Shown piece by piece: positions 61,901 through 64,000 of a stretch of 64,000 nucleotides of DNA (positions are counted from its first letter, which is position 1; every line of letters begins with the position of its first letter). This stretch comes from Podarcis muralis. Lineage: Eukaryota. A model generated the notes under the pieces. That model was not told the origin of the DNA, did not search any database, and saw only the letters and a program-made list of their open reading frames with translations. The stretch spans positions 11,718,001 to 11,782,000 of the forward strand of contig NC_135667.1 in assembly GCF_964188315.1 (NCBI RefSeq). Direction: 5' to 3'. Position numbers and translations under genes: made by a program.

Positions 61901-64000
61901 CTATGGTGTCTTTAAGAGATATGGTTTACTTACACATATATACAACCTGAACCTTCAGTGAAATCAAACATTGCTCTGAAATATTTCTCTGTCTCTCTGC
62001 ATTTTGCTGCTTTACTTCTAGGTCAAATCATTCCTCCAAACTCTGTACTCTAAACTCTGGCTTTATCTATTGAGGGAGAAAACCCCACCCATTTGCCACC
62101 TTGCGCCAAGCCCCTTAACCCCTCTTAATGGTTCATCATCCAAGCTATCACCACACCAGGAGGCTAGCCTGGCAATTCCAAGACTTAGAAACCTTGATTA
62201 AATTCTAACACTTGTTGGACCCAGGGATTAGAGGGGTCTGGCACCCACCTTAACACCCCAAACTCATAACAATATCAACAATTTCTAACATCTTCAAAAT
62301 AATATATGGAACAGAGACAATTGCCTTTTAATACAGAAATTAAAATTTCTGTTATTACATTCATTTTTAATATAACCAGTCAAGACAGCCAAGAAAAGTT
62401 TTAAGTTTTTCTTATTGATTGCAAGGTTTTCTTTTACAGTCCTTTCAAATGTGAAATAATTATTTTGAAAGCAAATACTGATAAACTTTAAATTGTGAGT
62501 TAACAATCAACATTCAAATGGCTTGCTACATCCTGCTTTAGCTATTCCATTAAATTATTTCCCATCTGTATTATTTTTATTAATGTTATATCCTGAAACA
62601 TTTGTATGGAAGGGAGAAATTCTAACTATGGAAAGCAGTGTAAATTACACTTTATTAAGTTTAGAAACGTCTAGTTCAAGTCATTCTGTTTCTGGCATGG
62701 AAAAACTTTCATACTTTAGATGTTGCTGAAATACAGCTCCTATCATCCCTGGCCATCGGTCGTAACTGCTGAGGCTGTTAGGAGTTGTAGTTCAGCAACA
62801 TCTGGAGGGTAAAAAGTTTCCCACACCTGTTCTAGGTAGTGACATTAGATCAGATGTTTTACAAGTTGTACTATTTGCTGGGCTAAGTGTAGGTACAATG
62901 GGGACGCGGGTGGCGCTGTGGTCTAAACCACTGAGCCTCTTGGGCTTGCCAGTTAAAATCCCAGTGATGGGGTGAGCTCCCATTGCTCTGTCCCAGCTTC
63001 TGCCAACCTAGCAGTTCGAAAGTACACCACTGCAAGTAGATAAATGCCATACTATTCCATGTATAATACTATGGTTTTTTTTACTCTAAAATAATGTTCA
63101 AAACCTGGGCTCGTCTAATACACGAATAGTATCTCCCCCCATTTTTTAAATTGGAGTCCCCCAAAATAAGGGGCATCTTATGCATGGGGGCGTCTTATAG
63201 ACAGAAAAATACGGTAGGTGCCGCTGTGTCGGGAAGGGAAACAGTGTTTCTGTGTGCTCTGGCTTCCGTTACGGTGTCCCATTGTGCCAGAAGTGGGTTA
63301 GTCATGCTGGCCACATGACCCAGAAAGCTGTCTGTGGACAAATGCTGGCTCCCTTGGACTGAAAGCCAGATGAGCACCACAACCCCATAGTCGCCTTTGA
63401 CTGGACTTAACCATCCCAGGGTCCTTTAACTTTACCTTAACTAGGTACTACAATATTCCAATCATCATCTGAGTCCTTTATTTGTGTGCCCACTACATAG
63501 AGGTCTGGAGGGTGAAAACATGAGAACAGGTGTTTACTGTGGTGGCTCCCGATTTGTGGAATTCAGTCCCCAGGGAGGCTCGCCTGACACCATTTTTATA
63601 TATATTTGGGTGCCAAATAAAAACATTCCTCTTCAACCAAGCTTTTGGCTATTAATGATCCATGGCCTTTTAAAGTGTGTGCATAGGAGTATCCAATAAT
63701 AATATAATATAATATAATATAATATAATATAATATAATATAATATAATATAATATAATATAATATAATATAATATAATATAATATAATAATCTTCTTTAG
63801 TGTTCAAGATGCTTGATCTAGTAGGTATTTCATCAAGTGATTCTGGCACGTGTTCTCTTGAGCATATTTTATTCCACGTCATTTGCACTTTCATTTATTG
63901 GTGCTTTTTACTGATATAAGTTCAATTTCCTGAACATTTTCTTAATAATCAATTTCCCTTTGGATAGGTACCACCTCTTTCAGTATGTAATGACAACTGC
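55665..64000 (+). CDS. Vmn2r: V2R gene F, exons 1-4 and the start of exon 5 (cut by the right edge); close paralogue of C
   Basis: Exons 55665-55897, 57760-58051, 58633-59523, 60674-60901 and 63968->64000. All are open with canonical splice sites. Confidence 0.93.
55929..55966. repeat. (GT)n microsatellite
   Basis: Direct reading. Confidence 0.95.
56302..56465 (+). pseudogene. Partial duplicate of exon 1 (pseudo-exon) in intron 1 of F
   Basis: VHSISCTRKKPVCVAHEW*EPGDL-IGGMTYFICYILPEVLFMKQPCRELI. It lacks the signal-peptide part and GT donor and carries a TAG. Confidence 0.85.
57760..58051 (+). CDS. Vmn2r: V2R F exon 2
   Basis: 292 bp, open. Confidence 0.94.
58633..59523 (+). CDS. Vmn2r: V2R F exon 3
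   Basis: ISYGSF...EAWK|gt; 891 bp. Confidence 0.94.
59735..60442. mobile_element. Tc/mariner-type MITE, 708 bp, with GC-rich palindromic interior
   Basis: TA|CCGTATTTTTCGCCCTATAGGATGC...GCATCCTATGGGATGAAAAATACGG|TA. Confidence 0.9.
60674..60901 (+). CDS. Vmn2r: V2R F exon 4
   Basis: [15 protein letters not shown]...NLTQ|gt; 228 bp. Confidence 0.93.
60978..61174. mobile_element. GC-rich MITE-like insertion
   Basis: CACTGGC...GCCGGGTG imperfect termini similar to the 47748 family; TSD unclear. Confidence 0.45.
62901..63438 (+). mobile_element. Older Sauria SINE split by a Tc/mariner MITE remnant (63047-63214)
   Basis: The SINE halves rejoin at aaaTAggt. The insert ends GAAAAATACGG|TA like the 59735 family. 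Confidence 0.8.
63697..63790. repeat. (ATAAT)n pentanucleotide microsatellite
   Basis: Direct reading. Confidence 0.95.
63968..64000 (+). CDS. Vmn2r: V2R F exon 5 (partial)
   Basis: ttggatag|[11 protein letters not shown]. Confidence 0.88.

Overview
Eukaryotic genomic DNA from a squamate, probably a lacertid lizard (inferred from Sauria/Squam SINE variants recognised from memory). The window is part of a vomeronasal type-2 receptor (V2R, class C GPCR) cluster with six paralogues of canonical six-exon structure, arranged <-A  B->  C->  <-D  <-E  F->. B (883 aa) and C (890 aa) are complete and intact. A and F are intact as far as visible but cut by the window edges. D is a pseudogene (exon-3 frameshift plus exon-6 nonsense codon). 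E has a single frame-disrupting lesion, a 10-bp deletion in exon 5 that moves the stop into the last exon and predicts a 611-aa ectodomain-only product. There is also an orphan degraded 7TM-exon relic, a mosaic duplicate of exon 1 inside an intron of F, and a dense load of SINEs, LINE fragments (L2, CR1, RTE/BovB, RTEX-like), solo LTR-like elements, hAT and Tc/mariner MITEs, and microsatellites. Exon boundaries were read by eye from GT/AG sites and phase consistency. Repeat family names are not search results. No rRNA, true tRNA genes or CRISPR arrays were found.
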